Positions 10,987-20,247 of a stretch of DNA of 64,000 nucleotides are shown here, piece by piece. The stretch lies in NCBI GenBank assembly GCA_963793425.1, contig CAWCAG010000009.1, positions 800,001 through 864,000 of the forward strand, read 5' to 3'. The position numbers and the translations under genes are program-made. How positions within the stretch are numbered: the first letter of the stretch is position 1; each line of letters starts with the position of its first letter. Below the pieces are notes generated by a model. That model had not been told where the DNA came from. It searched no databases and worked only from the letters and a program-made list of their open reading frames with translations. This stretch comes from an uncultured cyanobacterium (lineage in GTDB: Bacteria > Cyanobacteriota > Cyanobacteriia > Cyanobacteriales > CAWCAG01).

Positions 10987-12342
10987 ATGAAACTCGATTG
11001 TCTTCTTGAGATTGTCAACCATCAGCTAATTGAAAACCAAAATCGTCCCCTTAATTCCGCAGAAACAATTATTCTACGTGGCATTTGGCAATATAGAACC
11101 TATAATCAGATAGCGATGGAGGCAGGTTATAGTCCTGGCTATTTTACTAATGTTGTAGCCCCAGACTTGTTTAAGCAACTTTCTAAGGTTGTTGGTCAGC
11201 ATATAACCAAGAAAAACTGTCGAACTTTGCTAGAATCCTATGCTACAACCCAAGCATCTGCTCAGACAAAATCTAATCAGCAACAAGTCAAGCAAGACCA
11301 GCTACCATGCTATCCTTGTGGTTCAATTCCTCTGGAGTCTCCCTTTTACTTAGAACGTTCTTCTATTGAAAAGCAAGTTTATCAAGAAATCGAAAAACCA
11401 GGAGCGCTAATCAGGATTAAAGCACCTAGAGAAATGGGTAAAACTTCGCTACTGCTGAGGATTCTGGATCATGCTAACAGCCTGAATTACCATACTGTTA
11501 GTTTGAACTTAGAGCAGGTAGACCAAGCAATTTTAAGGGACTTGAATCAATTTATGCGGTGGCTATGTGCCAATATTACTCATCAGCTTCAGCGTAAATC
11601 AGTGCTAGATGAGTATTGGGATCAAGACTTGGGTAGTAAAGTTAGCTGTACTATCTACTTTGAAGACTATTTGCTGGAGTTAGTTGACACTCCCTTGATT
11701 TTGGCATTAGATGAGGTGAATCAAATTTTTGAGCATCCTCAAGTAGCGAAGGATTTTTTACCTTTGTTGCGTTCTTGGTACGAAGAATCTAAAAGACTAC
11801 CCATCTGGCAAAAGCTACGCCTGATTGTTGTTCACTCTACAGAAATTTATGTTCCCCTCGAACTCAACCAGTCTCCTTTCAATGTGGGGCTGCCGATTCA
11901 GTTAAATAACTTTGCCCCCGAAGAGGTAAAGAAGTTAGCTAAATGCTACGGACTCCATTGGGGAGATGGGGAAGAAGCCGAAAAATTAATGGCTATGGTG
12001 GGTGGACATCCAGCCTTGATACATTTAGCCATCTATCATCTTAGTTGCGGGGAAATGACCATAGGGCAACTGCTCAAGACTGCTACTATGGCTACAGGGA
12101 TTTATGCTAATCACTTACAACGTCATTGGGTGGCTTTGAAAAAACAGCCTGAGTTAGCACAAGCATTTGATAGGGTTCTTAATGCTACTGAACCTGTTGC
12201 TTTAGAGCCGATTTTTACTCATCAACTAGCTAGTATGGGACTAATTAAACTTAAAAATGAGGGTGCAATGTCTACGATGGGCTTTGCTTGTGTAGCTTGT
12301 GAGTTATATCAGCAGTTTTTTAGCAAAACAAGCGATCCTTAG
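10987..12342 (+). CDS. HTH (vWA-MoxR-associated N-terminal-like) + AAA_35 NTPase regulator
   Basis: N-terminal 'LRGIWQYRTYNQIA...GYSPGY' HTH; Walker A APREMGKTS; Walker B LALDEV. Confidence 0.85.
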   Translation: MKLDCLLEIVNHQLIENQNRPLNSAETIILRGIWQYRTYNQIAMEAGYSPGYFTNVVAPDLFKQLSKVVGQHITKKNCRTLLESYATTQASAQTKSNQQQVKQDQLPCYPCGSIPLESPFYLERSSIEKQVYQEIEKPGALIRIKAPREMGKTSLLLRILDHANSLNYHTVSLNLEQVDQAILRDLNQFMRWLCANITHQLQRKSVLDEYWDQDLGSKVSCTIYFEDYLLELVDTPLILALDEVNQIFEHPQVAKDFLPLLRSWYEESKRLPIWQKLRLIVVHSTEIYVPLELNQSPFNVGLPIQLNNFAPEEVKKLAKCYGLHWGDGEEAEKLMAMVGGHPALIHLAIYHLSCGEMTIGQLLKTATMATGIYANHLQRHWVALKKQPELAQAFDRVLNATEPVALEPIFTHQLASMGLIKLKNEGAMSTMGFACVACELYQQFFSKTSDP

Positions 12343-12355
12343 AAAGTAAACATTT

Positions 12356-13213
12356 TTAAGAAAGCTGCCATCCTACTAATACTGCCCCTGTTACAAACAT
12401 TAGCAAACTGTATATGGCTGCCGGAATTGCCATCGTTGGATTATCAAGTAAAGTGGGCGCACTGGCAACAGCGATCGCTAATGTGCCATTTTGAATCCCC
12501 ACTTCGCAAGTGATAGCCAGGGTATTCTTTTTACCTAGCCCAGCAAAGCTAGAGAGAACAAAGCCTAAAGCCATTGTTAGTATATTGAGTGCTAGAGTAA
12601 CACCACCGACTTGCAAGAAAAAGCTAAGTACATTCGCCTGCTCTTTTAACAGTAGCCCAAAGATAATCAGTGCGAGAAAGAATAGTGAAAGCCATTTGAC
12701 GCTTTTTTCAACTTTGGCAGCAATTGCTGGTGCGTAGCGATGTAATATCATGCCTAAGCTAATGGGAATAAGAGTTATGACTGCAATTTGGATCACCGTT
12801 GGCAAAAACGGTAGCTGAAGTGCGATGCCTTCTCCCATAAAATATTGCATTGCTAGGTTAACGACTAGGGGAATGGTAAATACGGTAATGAGGCTGCTGA
12901 TTGCAGTGAGAGTAACAGAGAGAGCAACATTGCCTTGAGCTAAATAAGTAACTAGGTTGGAAGTTGGCCCCCCTGGGCAGGCAGCTAGAATCATGACACC
13001 AACAGCTAACTCTGGTGACAGGGGGAAGAGTACAGCTAATAAAAAGCCCACTAGGGGCAGCATAACTAGCTGGGCAAGCAGTCCTAAGATAACTGATTTG
13101 GGTGCGATCACAATGCGCTTGAAGTCCTCAAGCTTCAGCCCTAAGCCCATGCCTAGCATGATGATAAAGAGTGCTAAGGGGAGAAAAACTGCGGTCAAAG
13201 AGTTAGATTCCAT
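12356..13213 (-). CDS. Bile acid:sodium symporter (BASS) family transporter
   Basis: MLGMGL, ACPGGPTSN and EVGIQNG motifs. Confidence 0.92.
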   Translation of the reverse strand: MESNSLTAVFLPLALFIIMLGMGLGLKLEDFKRIVIAPKSVILGLLAQLVMLPLVGFLLAVLFPLSPELAVGVMILAACPGGPTSNLVTYLAQGNVALSVTLTAISSLITVFTIPLVVNLAMQYFMGEGIALQLPFLPTVIQIAVITLIPISLGMILHRYAPAIAAKVEKSVKWLSLFFLALIIFGLLLKEQANVLSFFLQVGGVTLALNILTMALGFVLSSFAGLGKKNTLAITCEVGIQNGTLAIAVASAPTLLDNPTMAIPAAIYSLLMFVTGAVLVGWQLS

Positions 13214-13569
13214 AAAAGGTTGAAACGGCTAAAAGTTGCTAATCATTTTACTTTCTATTAAGCAATCAGCAAAGGACACAAGAAACAAGCTGTTAGGCAT
13301 TTAGATTTGTTATGAGGGCAAGGTAATAGGTACAAACTACAGCTTATTGAGTTTGCTCAAAAGAGATATCCTAAGAATTTTCTTGATTGAAGTCCAAAAC
13401 TAGGATAAGAACGCTCAAATAACTTGCTACTAAAGGAAATATATCTCTAGAAGGTTTTGCTAAACTCATCTAAATACTCTATAAAGCTCATAGAAAAACT
13501 AATAATCAAATATTTTGCGCTATTGAAATTGTTGGATATGTCTATTGGTTTGTGAAAATAATTTTCTAA

Positions 13570-14190
13570 TTACTTGACGGAAAATTTAACAGTAATACTA
13601 CCTTCATTATCGCCGTAGAGTTCTTCAACATCATTCATTAAAAAACGAGCAGTTTGTTTTTCTTTTAAAAGGAAAGAGTCTTGTTTTCCGTAGGCAAGAC
13701 ATTCCCTTCCTATCTTAACTACTAATGCTCCTAAAGAAAGATCCGGACATGGCATATTAGGGTTAGATTCAAACTGCTGAACACCATCTGGGGAAAGCTC
13801 ACCTTTAGCATATTCAGGAACATCAATATCTGGGTTGTTAGGAATAGCCTGCCATTTACCTGTAGCAGTGAAGCTTATAGTCACAGGCTCATCTGTATTA
13901 TTAGTATAGGATTCACCATTTGTATCACTAGCTTCAACTGTACGTTCTTCCGTTTTTGGAGAAGTTTGGATTTCTTTGTCTTCAGATATCAAATGATTAA
14001 TACCTGCTGTCCCTAAAATTGCAGCAATAATTGCAGCAACTCCTGATAAGATACCAGGCAAACTAGTCCAGAAATTAGGCTTTTGCTCCCCTTCACTCAC
14101 TATCTCCCCTCCATTTTTTTTGATATCACTAATTGTCAAACTTGCAACCTGGGCATCTGTCTCAAGTTTGATATTAACTTGGTTATACAT
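13570..14190 (-). CDS. Membrane-anchored LecA/PA-IL-like lectin-domain protein
   Basis: TM helix, then GALVVKIG and NDVEELYGDNEGSITV, resembling PA-IL GALVMKIG and NDVPGTYGNNSGSFSV as recalled. Confidence 0.65.
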   Translation of the reverse strand: MYNQVNIKLETDAQVASLTISDIKKNGGEIVSEGEQKPNFWTSLPGILSGVAAIIAAILGTAGINHLISEDKEIQTSPKTEERTVEASDTNGESYTNNTDEPVTISFTATGKWQAIPNNPDIDVPEYAKGELSPDGVQQFESNPNMPCPDLSLGALVVKIGRECLAYGKQDSFLLKEKQTARFLMNDVEELYGDNEGSITVKFSVK

Positions 14191-14255
14191 CTCATAATCT
14201 CATGACTTTTAACTCTAAAACTCATTAAAAAACCAATAAAAAAGTTTTGTAGCAA

Positions 14256-14311
14256 ATGAGTTTATCTATGAGTTTTATCAGTAGCTTTTTGGGAAGATAT
14301 AAATAACAATA
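14256..14311 (+). promoter_or_regulatory. Tandem 12-bp direct repeat (ATGAGTTT) plus AATAACAATA box
   Basis: atgagtttatct-atgagttttat; aataacaata 46 nt after the repeat start; same layout at 17493. Confidence 0.65.
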
Positions 14312-14338
14312 TCAGTAAAACTAGCAAGGTTAATCATT

Positions 14339-15151
14339 ATGAAACTTGGTATTGATATAGGACATAATTGCCCTCCAGATACAGGTGCAGAGAAAATCAA
14401 AAAAGAAGATCATTTGACCAAAGATGTGGGAACTCGTTTGATGCAGAAATTGATTGCTGCTGGTCACGAAGTAGTTGATTGCACACCTAATCCGGCAGAA
14501 ATAAAAGACAGAAACAAATCTCCACGAGAGCTAGTGAATTTATCTCTGCGAAAACGAGCAGAAAAAGCTAACTACAACAAAGTTGATATCTTTGTTTCTA
14601 TACACTTTAATGCTTATACTAACGCTTCTAGCAAGCCTACAAATAAGCCAATGGGAACAGAGATATATGCAATCAGTAATGCTGCTAGAGGCATTGCTCA
14701 AAAAGTCCTGGATGAAATCCTTAAGCTAGGGTTTAAAGACCGAAAGGTTAAAAATAAAGGCTTTGCAGTTCTCACAAGGACTTCAATGCCTGCTATTTTA
14801 GTTGAGTGTTGTTTTCTTGATTCATATCCGGATATGAATCTTTTCGATGCTGAAAAAATGGCTGAGGCGATTAAGATTGGTTTAGTTGGAGAAGCTCCTG
14901 ATAGCAATACTTCTCCTCTACCAGGTAAGTTAAAAGTTTTTCAATCAGCTATTCTCAAACCTTCCACAGAACAGTCTTCAGAGCTACCTCCAGACTCATT
15001 AATAAGTATTACTTCAGGAGAATATTTGGTTTTAGATTACCGTTTAGAAGAACGGCACTACTGGGTAAAATGGCCTGATAATAGCAAGGGAAATCGTTAT
15101 GAGCATTTTATTTTTGAAGCAGATGCTGAAATTATCCCGACTGAGAATTGA
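14339..15151 (+). CDS. N-acetylmuramoyl-L-alanine amidase (Amidase_3), no signal peptide
   Basis: DIGH, E, SIHFN and LVECC Zn/catalytic motifs; the protein starts directly with the catalytic domain. Confidence 0.9.
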   Translation: MKLGIDIGHNCPPDTGAEKIKKEDHLTKDVGTRLMQKLIAAGHEVVDCTPNPAEIKDRNKSPRELVNLSLRKRAEKANYNKVDIFVSIHFNAYTNASSKPTNKPMGTEIYAISNAARGIAQKVLDEILKLGFKDRKVKNKGFAVLTRTSMPAILVECCFLDSYPDMNLFDAEKMAEAIKIGLVGEAPDSNTSPLPGKLKVFQSAILKPSTEQSSELPPDSLISITSGEYLVLDYRLEERHYWVKWPDNSKGNRYEHFIFEADAEIIPTEN

Positions 15152-15164
15152 TCAATCCTAAGTA

Positions 15165-17462
15165 ATGCAATACAAACCCCAGTTTAATCCTTGTTACTCT
15201 ATTGAAACTATAGAACCAAATCAGGTCTTCTTCTTATCTGAAAGAGAAAAAGCTTGGTTGTGTAATCGCCTATCTTATGATTTAGCTAATTTAATCGATG
15301 GCGATCGCACTAATGACGAAATTATTGATACCCTACAACAGTTACTACTACAAGACCCAAAAACTTTACAGCAAGCCAGTACTTTCTTCCAAGAAGTTCT
15401 TAATGTGAGTCTGCAAGCTCAATCTGCCTTATTGCAAATGCAACAGCAAGGCTATCTTGTTGAAAAAGATAACTCTATTCCATCTCACTTAAGCATCTTC
15501 TGCCATCATCTCAATATTGCTCCTAACCTAGCCCAGCAACGCTTGCAAACGATTAAAGTTGCTGTGAAAACTTGCGGTTCAGTTGCGACTGAGGACTTTG
15601 TTGCTACCCTTGAGTCTTTACAAATTCAAGTAGCAGAAGAAGGTGATTTAACAGTAGTCTTAACCGATAACTATCTCAATCCTCAGCTAGATAAATTTAA
15701 CCAACAATCCCTCGAATCTAAATCTCCCTGGTTGCTGGTTAAACCAGTAGGGACAATAGTTTGGCTCGGCCCCTTATTTCACCCCAACAAAACTGGCTGT
15801 TGGCAATGCTTAGCCAAGCGTCTGCGAGATAATCGACCGATTGAAGGGTTTATAGAAAGACAAAAAGAAACTTCTTCTCCTTTAACGACTCCTTTAGGCT
15901 TCTTACCATCTACAGTGCAAACTGCATTGGGAATGGCTGCTACAGAAGTGTTCAAATGGATTATTCAAGGAGAAAATCAACAATTAGAAAATAACTTACT
16001 TACTTACGATAATATTACCCTGCAAACCCAACATCATTCTTGGGTTAAGCGTCCTCAATGTTCTAGCTGTGGAGAACAAAAAAATAGCTTACTCAAACCT
16101 ATTGTTTTACAACATCGTCAGAAAAACTTCACTGCTGACGGAGGACATCGCATCTGTTCACCCCAAGAAACTCTTAGGAAATACCAACATCATATTAGCC
16201 CCATTACTGGCATTGTACGGGAACTAAACAAGATTCCTGTCAACAGCTTAACTCACAACTACATCGCTAAACATCATTTCTTAAGTACTTTCGATAATGT
16301 AGCTAGTTTGCAGCAAAACTTGGGGGGTAGAAGTGCAGGGAAAGGTAGGACTAACTCTCAAGCAATGGCTAGCGGTTTTTGTGAAGCAATTGAACGCTAT
16401 TCTGGGGTATTTCAAGGGGATGAAGTTAGGCAAAAAGGTAGTTATCTGCAAATGGGAGACAAAGCTATACATCCCAACGCTTGTATGAACTTTAGTCAAC
16501 GGCAATATCACCAGAGAAAACAATGGAATCTTGAATGTCAAGGCTGGTTTCAAAAAGTACCTGAACCCTTTGAGGAAGATAGAGTTATTGATTGGACTCC
16601 GGTTTGGTCTTTAACTCACCAGGAATTTAAGTATTTGCCCACAGCGTACTGTTATTATGGCTATCAAACAGACTATCAAACAGACTGTTGGGCTGATTCT
16701 AATGGTTGTGCCACGGGAAATACCATTGAAGAAGCGATTCTGCAAGGATTTATGGAATTAGTGGAGCGGGATGCTGTTGCTTTGTGGTGGTATAACTGTC
16801 TGCAAAAACCCCAAGTAGATTTAGACAGTTTTGATGAGCCTTACTTTCAAAGTCTGAAGCAATATTATCAAACAATTAACCGAGAAATTTGGGTTTTAGA
16901 TATTACCAGTGATTTGCACATTCCTGTCTTTGCTGCGATTAGTCGGAAAAAGGATAGCAAGGTAGAAAATATTGTCTTGGGCTATGGCGCTCATTTTGAT
17001 GCCAAGATTGCCATTAGTCGGGCTTTGACTGAAGTTAACCAAATTTTACCTAACGTCTTATTTACCAAAGCAGATGGTAGTACGAATTATCCCCCATCGG
17101 CGGATACCTTGGCTGTGGACTGGTGGCAAACTGCCACTGTAGCCGATCAATCTTATTTAGTCCCAGATGAGCGAATTGCGGTCAAAGTTAGCAATGATTA
17201 TCCTCAAATGGCCAGTGACGATTTACTTGAAGATGTCAAGCTTTGTCAGAAAATGGTTGAGAAAAACGGTATGGAAATGCTGGTTTTAGACCAAACTCGT
17301 GCTGATATTGGTTTAAGAGTTGCTAAGGTAGTTGTTCCGGGAATGCGCCATATGTGGCAAAGGTTAGCACCCGGAAGGCTGTATGAGGTTCCGGTGAAAA
17401 TGGGTTGGTTGCTAAAACCATTAGCCCAAGAGCAACTCAATTCTTTTCCGATGTGGATGTAA
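15165..17462 (+). CDS. patD: TruD/PatD-like YcaO cyclodehydratase (RRE + E1-like + YcaO)
   Basis: GCWQCL and PQCSSC, ADGGHR, SAGKG, CEAIERYS, DSNGCATGNTIEEAILQGFMELVERD; C-terminus PMWM. Confidence 0.9.
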   Translation: MQYKPQFNPCYSIETIEPNQVFFLSEREKAWLCNRLSYDLANLIDGDRTNDEIIDTLQQLLLQDPKTLQQASTFFQEVLNVSLQAQSALLQMQQQGYLVEKDNSIPSHLSIFCHHLNIAPNLAQQRLQTIKVAVKTCGSVATEDFVATLESLQIQVAEEGDLTVVLTDNYLNPQLDKFNQQSLESKSPWLLVKPVGTIVWLGPLFHPNKTGCWQCLAKRLRDNRPIEGFIERQKETSSPLTTPLGFLPSTVQTALGMAATEVFKWIIQGENQQLENNLLTYDNITLQTQHHSWVKRPQCSSCGEQKNSLLKPIVLQHRQKNFTADGGHRICSPQETLRKYQHHISPITGIVRELNKIPVNSLTHNYIAKHHFLSTFDNVASLQQNLGGRSAGKGRTNSQAMASGFCEAIERYSGVFQGDEVRQKGSYLQMGDKAIHPNACMNFSQRQYHQRKQWNLECQGWFQKVPEPFEEDRVIDWTPVWSLTHQEFKYLPTAYCYYGYQTDYQTDCWADSNGCATGNTIEEAILQGFMELVERDAVALWWYNCLQKPQVDLDSFDEPYFQSLKQYYQTINREIWVLDITSDLHIPVFAAISRKKDSKVENIVLGYGAHFDAKIAISRALTEVNQILPNVLFTKADGSTNYPPSADTLAVDWWQTATVADQSYLVPDERIAVKVSNDYPQMASDDLLEDVKLCQKMVEKNGMEMLVLDQTRADIGLRVAKVVVPGMRHMWQRLAPGRLYEVPVKMGWLLKPLAQEQLNSFPMWM

Positions 17463-17492
17463 ACATCTCCTTTCTCACGAATGTTATTTTCC

Positions 17493-17548
17493 ATGAGTTT
17501 TTATATGAGTTTTATAGGTTGTTACTTATCAAACCGTGAATAACAATA
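17493..17548 (+). promoter_or_regulatory. Second copy of the direct-repeat + AATAACAATA element, upstream of patA
   Basis: atgagtttttat-atgagttttat; aataacaata at the same +46 offset. Confidence 0.65.
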
Positions 17549-17663
17549 CTGACAAGATAAGCAGGATGTCTATTAAATGAAAAGCCTAGTTTTCTCTCAA
17601 CTCCTTGAATAAGTCAATTCTGCACAAACAGAAATTTAATCAGTTATCAGGAGAAGTAAGCAG

Positions 17664-19868
17664 ATGACCAGCAATCCGAGCCTAGCAACTGTTTCAGCCA
17701 GTAGTATCACTGATATTTCAGCCTTGCCTGGTCTAAAATCCCTTTGGGCTGAAACTCTAGGAGATCCTCGGATTTGCGTAGCGATTCTTGACGGCCCTGT
17801 TGACCAATCCCACCCGTGTTTAGAAAATGCTCAACTAAAAAGACTACCCAGTTTAGTATCAGACCATGCTGGTAAAGGTATTATGTCTGCTCACGGTACT
17901 CATATTACCAGTACAATTTTTGCTCAACCTAGTGGAGACGTTCGTGGTATTGCACCTGAATGTCGCGGTCTGATAATTCCTGTGTTTTCCGACAACGGAA
18001 AAGGTAAGCTTTCGCAGCTTAACCTCGCTAGAGCTATTAATCAAGCCGTCGAACAAGGCGCACAGGTGATTAATATTAGCGGCGGTCAAAAGGTAGAACA
18101 GCCTCAAGAGGCCGATCCGATGTTGGTGAAAGCAGTTGAGTTCTGTAACAACGAGGGGGTTTTGATTGTTGCTGCTGCGGGTAACGATGGATGTGAATGC
18201 CTTCATGTTCCAGCAGCTTTACCTTCAGTGTTGGCAGTGGGAGCAATGAATGCTCAAGGATTACCTTTCGATTTCAGTAATTGGGGCAAAACCTACCAAA
18301 CTCAAGGTATTCTCGCTCCTGGTGAAAATATATTAGGTGCATTACCTGACGGCGGTACTACTGTCATGAGCGGTACTAGCTTTGCTAACCCTGTCGTATC
18401 TGGTGTTGCTGCTTTATTACTCAGTATTCAGCTTTTACGTGGAGAGAGGCCAAATCCTCATGCTGTGCGAGCAGCTTTACTCGATAGTGCTTTCCCCTGT
18501 GACCAGCTAAAAGTTTCTAATTGTCATCGTTTTTTAGTAGGTAGTCTCAACATTCTTGGAGCATACAACTTAATTAACAACGGAGAAATAAGCAATATGT
18601 CTGAGTCTCAATCAGATTTGGAAACTATCCAACCCAGTCAAACTAATAATCTTAATCAAACAGAATCTGCAAATGTGATACCAGCTAATAACTCAGAATC
18701 TGTCACAGCAACATCTAGCAATACTCCAGTACCAATGCAGATTGCCAATAATGGAATGGCTGTAATGCCCAGTAACAACGGAATGATTTCTATGCCCTAT
18801 CAGGTCGTGGCTGTTCCAGCAATGGGTAATAATCAAATGGCTGTTGTACCTAGTGTAGCTGCTACATCTAACGCTGTAGTTAATTCAGGAACTTGCGGTT
18901 GTCAAAATGGTGTAGTTACTTCAAATGCCACTCCTAACGAAATAGTAGATTCTTTTGTTTATGCCATTGGATTAATTGGTTATGATTTTGGCACTGAAGC
19001 GCGTCGGGACAGCTTTAAACAGTTGATGCCAGAATATACTCCAGAAGATTCAGAGCAAGAAAACCTAGTACTTCCGGCTAATCCCTATGATGCTAGGCAG
19101 ATGGCTCGTTACTTAGAAGAAAATCGAGATGAAGCCAAATCGCTTATTTGGACATTGAACTTAGACCTAACCCCAATCTATGCAATTGAGCCTCAAGGAG
19201 CCTTTGCTTCGGATGTCTACGGGCAATTACAAGATTTTTTAGCTGGACAGGTTAAGGCTGAAGATGATGATGAATATATTGAGAGAACTTCAATTCCAGC
19301 TATTTTGACTGGTAGAACCGTAACCCTCTTTTCTGGAGAGGTTGTTCCGGTCATTCGACCGATAAATACTCGTGGGATGTATGCTTGGCAAATTAATCAG
19401 TTAATCGATAGTGTCATAGCAGTGACCCAGCAAAGGTCTGAACAGGAAGGACTCACATCTCCTAGCGACGAAGTAATTGAAGAAATCAAGTATTCGTTAA
19501 GAAGTTTTCTAGAGCGAGTATACTATGATTTACGAAATCTGGGACAAACCTCTCAAGAGCGGGCCCTGAACTTTGCGGCAACCAACATTTTTCAGTATGC
19601 AGATGCCTTGGTACAAGTTTTAAGAAATAAGAAACGTCCTAGCGAGACAGGGGAAACACTAACAGCCGTAACTATGCAACTTGACTCTTTTCAAACAGAA
19701 AGAAGTCCTTTCTGTCGTAAAGATTCTGATTGCTGGGATGTGAAGCTGAAATTCTTTGATCCAGAAAATGCTCGGCGTGCGAGAAGAGTCATTCGCTATA
19801 CCCTGGATGTGAGTGATGTCATGCCAGTGACTCTAGGTAAAGTTAGAATCTGGGACGAAGCAAGCTAA
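17664..19868 (+). CDS. patA: Cyanobactin maturation protease, PatA type (S8 + C-terminal PatA/G DUF)
   Basis: Triad AILDGPVD / SAHGTH / SGTSFA; YDFGTEARRDSF, RALNFAATN, SPFCRKDSDCWDVKL; short Asp-His spacing; RBS aggag. Confidence 0.92.
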   Translation: MTSNPSLATVSASSITDISALPGLKSLWAETLGDPRICVAILDGPVDQSHPCLENAQLKRLPSLVSDHAGKGIMSAHGTHITSTIFAQPSGDVRGIAPECRGLIIPVFSDNGKGKLSQLNLARAINQAVEQGAQVINISGGQKVEQPQEADPMLVKAVEFCNNEGVLIVAAAGNDGCECLHVPAALPSVLAVGAMNAQGLPFDFSNWGKTYQTQGILAPGENILGALPDGGTTVMSGTSFANPVVSGVAALLLSIQLLRGERPNPHAVRAALLDSAFPCDQLKVSNCHRFLVGSLNILGAYNLINNGEISNMSESQSDLETIQPSQTNNLNQTESANVIPANNSESVTATSSNTPVPMQIANNGMAVMPSNNGMISMPYQVVAVPAMGNNQMAVVPSVAATSNAVVNSGTCGCQNGVVTSNATPNEIVDSFVYAIGLIGYDFGTEARRDSFKQLMPEYTPEDSEQENLVLPANPYDARQMARYLEENRDEAKSLIWTLNLDLTPIYAIEPQGAFASDVYGQLQDFLAGQVKAEDDDEYIERTSIPAILTGRTVTLFSGEVVPVIRPINTRGMYAWQINQLIDSVIAVTQQRSEQEGLTSPSDEVIEEIKYSLRSFLERVYYDLRNLGQTSQERALNFAATNIFQYADALVQVLRNKKRPSETGETLTAVTMQLDSFQTERSPFCRKDSDCWDVKLKFFDPENARRARRVIRYTLDVSDVMPVTLGKVRIWDEAS

Positions 19869-19897
19869 CTATTTATTCAATAACAAAAATTAGACAA

Positions 19898-20056
19898 ATG
19901 AAATACTCAAAACAATCAAAATTACCTAAGCAAGTTGCCCCCATACAGCGACTTTCTACCTCAGTTGCACCTTCTAGTAATAATGGCGTTGAAGCTAGTG
20001 GAATATTCGATTTAATACGACAATTGCCTATTATTAGGACATTTGCTCGCAAATAA
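19898..20056 (+). CDS. RiPP precursor 1 (52 aa); predicted core GIFDLIRQLPIIRTFARK
   Basis: Hand translation MKYSKQSKLPKQVAPIQRLSTSVAPSSNNGVEAS-GIFDLIRQLPIIRTFARK; not in the ORF track. Confidence 0.82.
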   Translation: MKYSKQSKLPKQVAPIQRLSTSVAPSSNNGVEASGIFDLIRQLPIIRTFARK

Positions 20057-20148
20057 TGATCTAGTTTTTCTATAGAGACTTTTTTAGCGATTACACAGCG
20101 AAACTTGGTTGTAATGTTGCAAAAATCCCTTAACTAAATAAGAAAGCA

Positions 20149-20247
20149 ATGAAACTGGCAATACAAGCTGGACACGTACCGCGAATTAGCGAAAACTTCC
20201 GGCATACAAACAATCACTATTCTGAAACAAAGGAGTTTCTATTATGA
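20149..20247 (+). pseudogene. Possible degenerate precursor (32 aa)
   Basis: MKLAIQAGHVPRISENFRHTNNHYSETKEFLL; leader-like start, no VEAS; stop overlaps the next ATG (ATGA). Confidence 0.35.

Noticed and set aside
12356..13213. BASS transporter as the peptide exporter
   Set aside because: The family carries small organic anions. Only proximity and a weak motif link it to the cluster.
17664..19868. Calling the protease a PatG macrocyclase
   Set aside because: It has no N-terminal oxidase, the Asp-to-His spacing is short (no capping insertion), and the precursors lack followers. It fits PatA.
20070..20130. Structured ncRNA or riboswitch after precursor 1
   Set aside because: Only an imperfect inverted repeat is visible. 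It may be a terminator or stabiliser, but no RNA family is recognisable.
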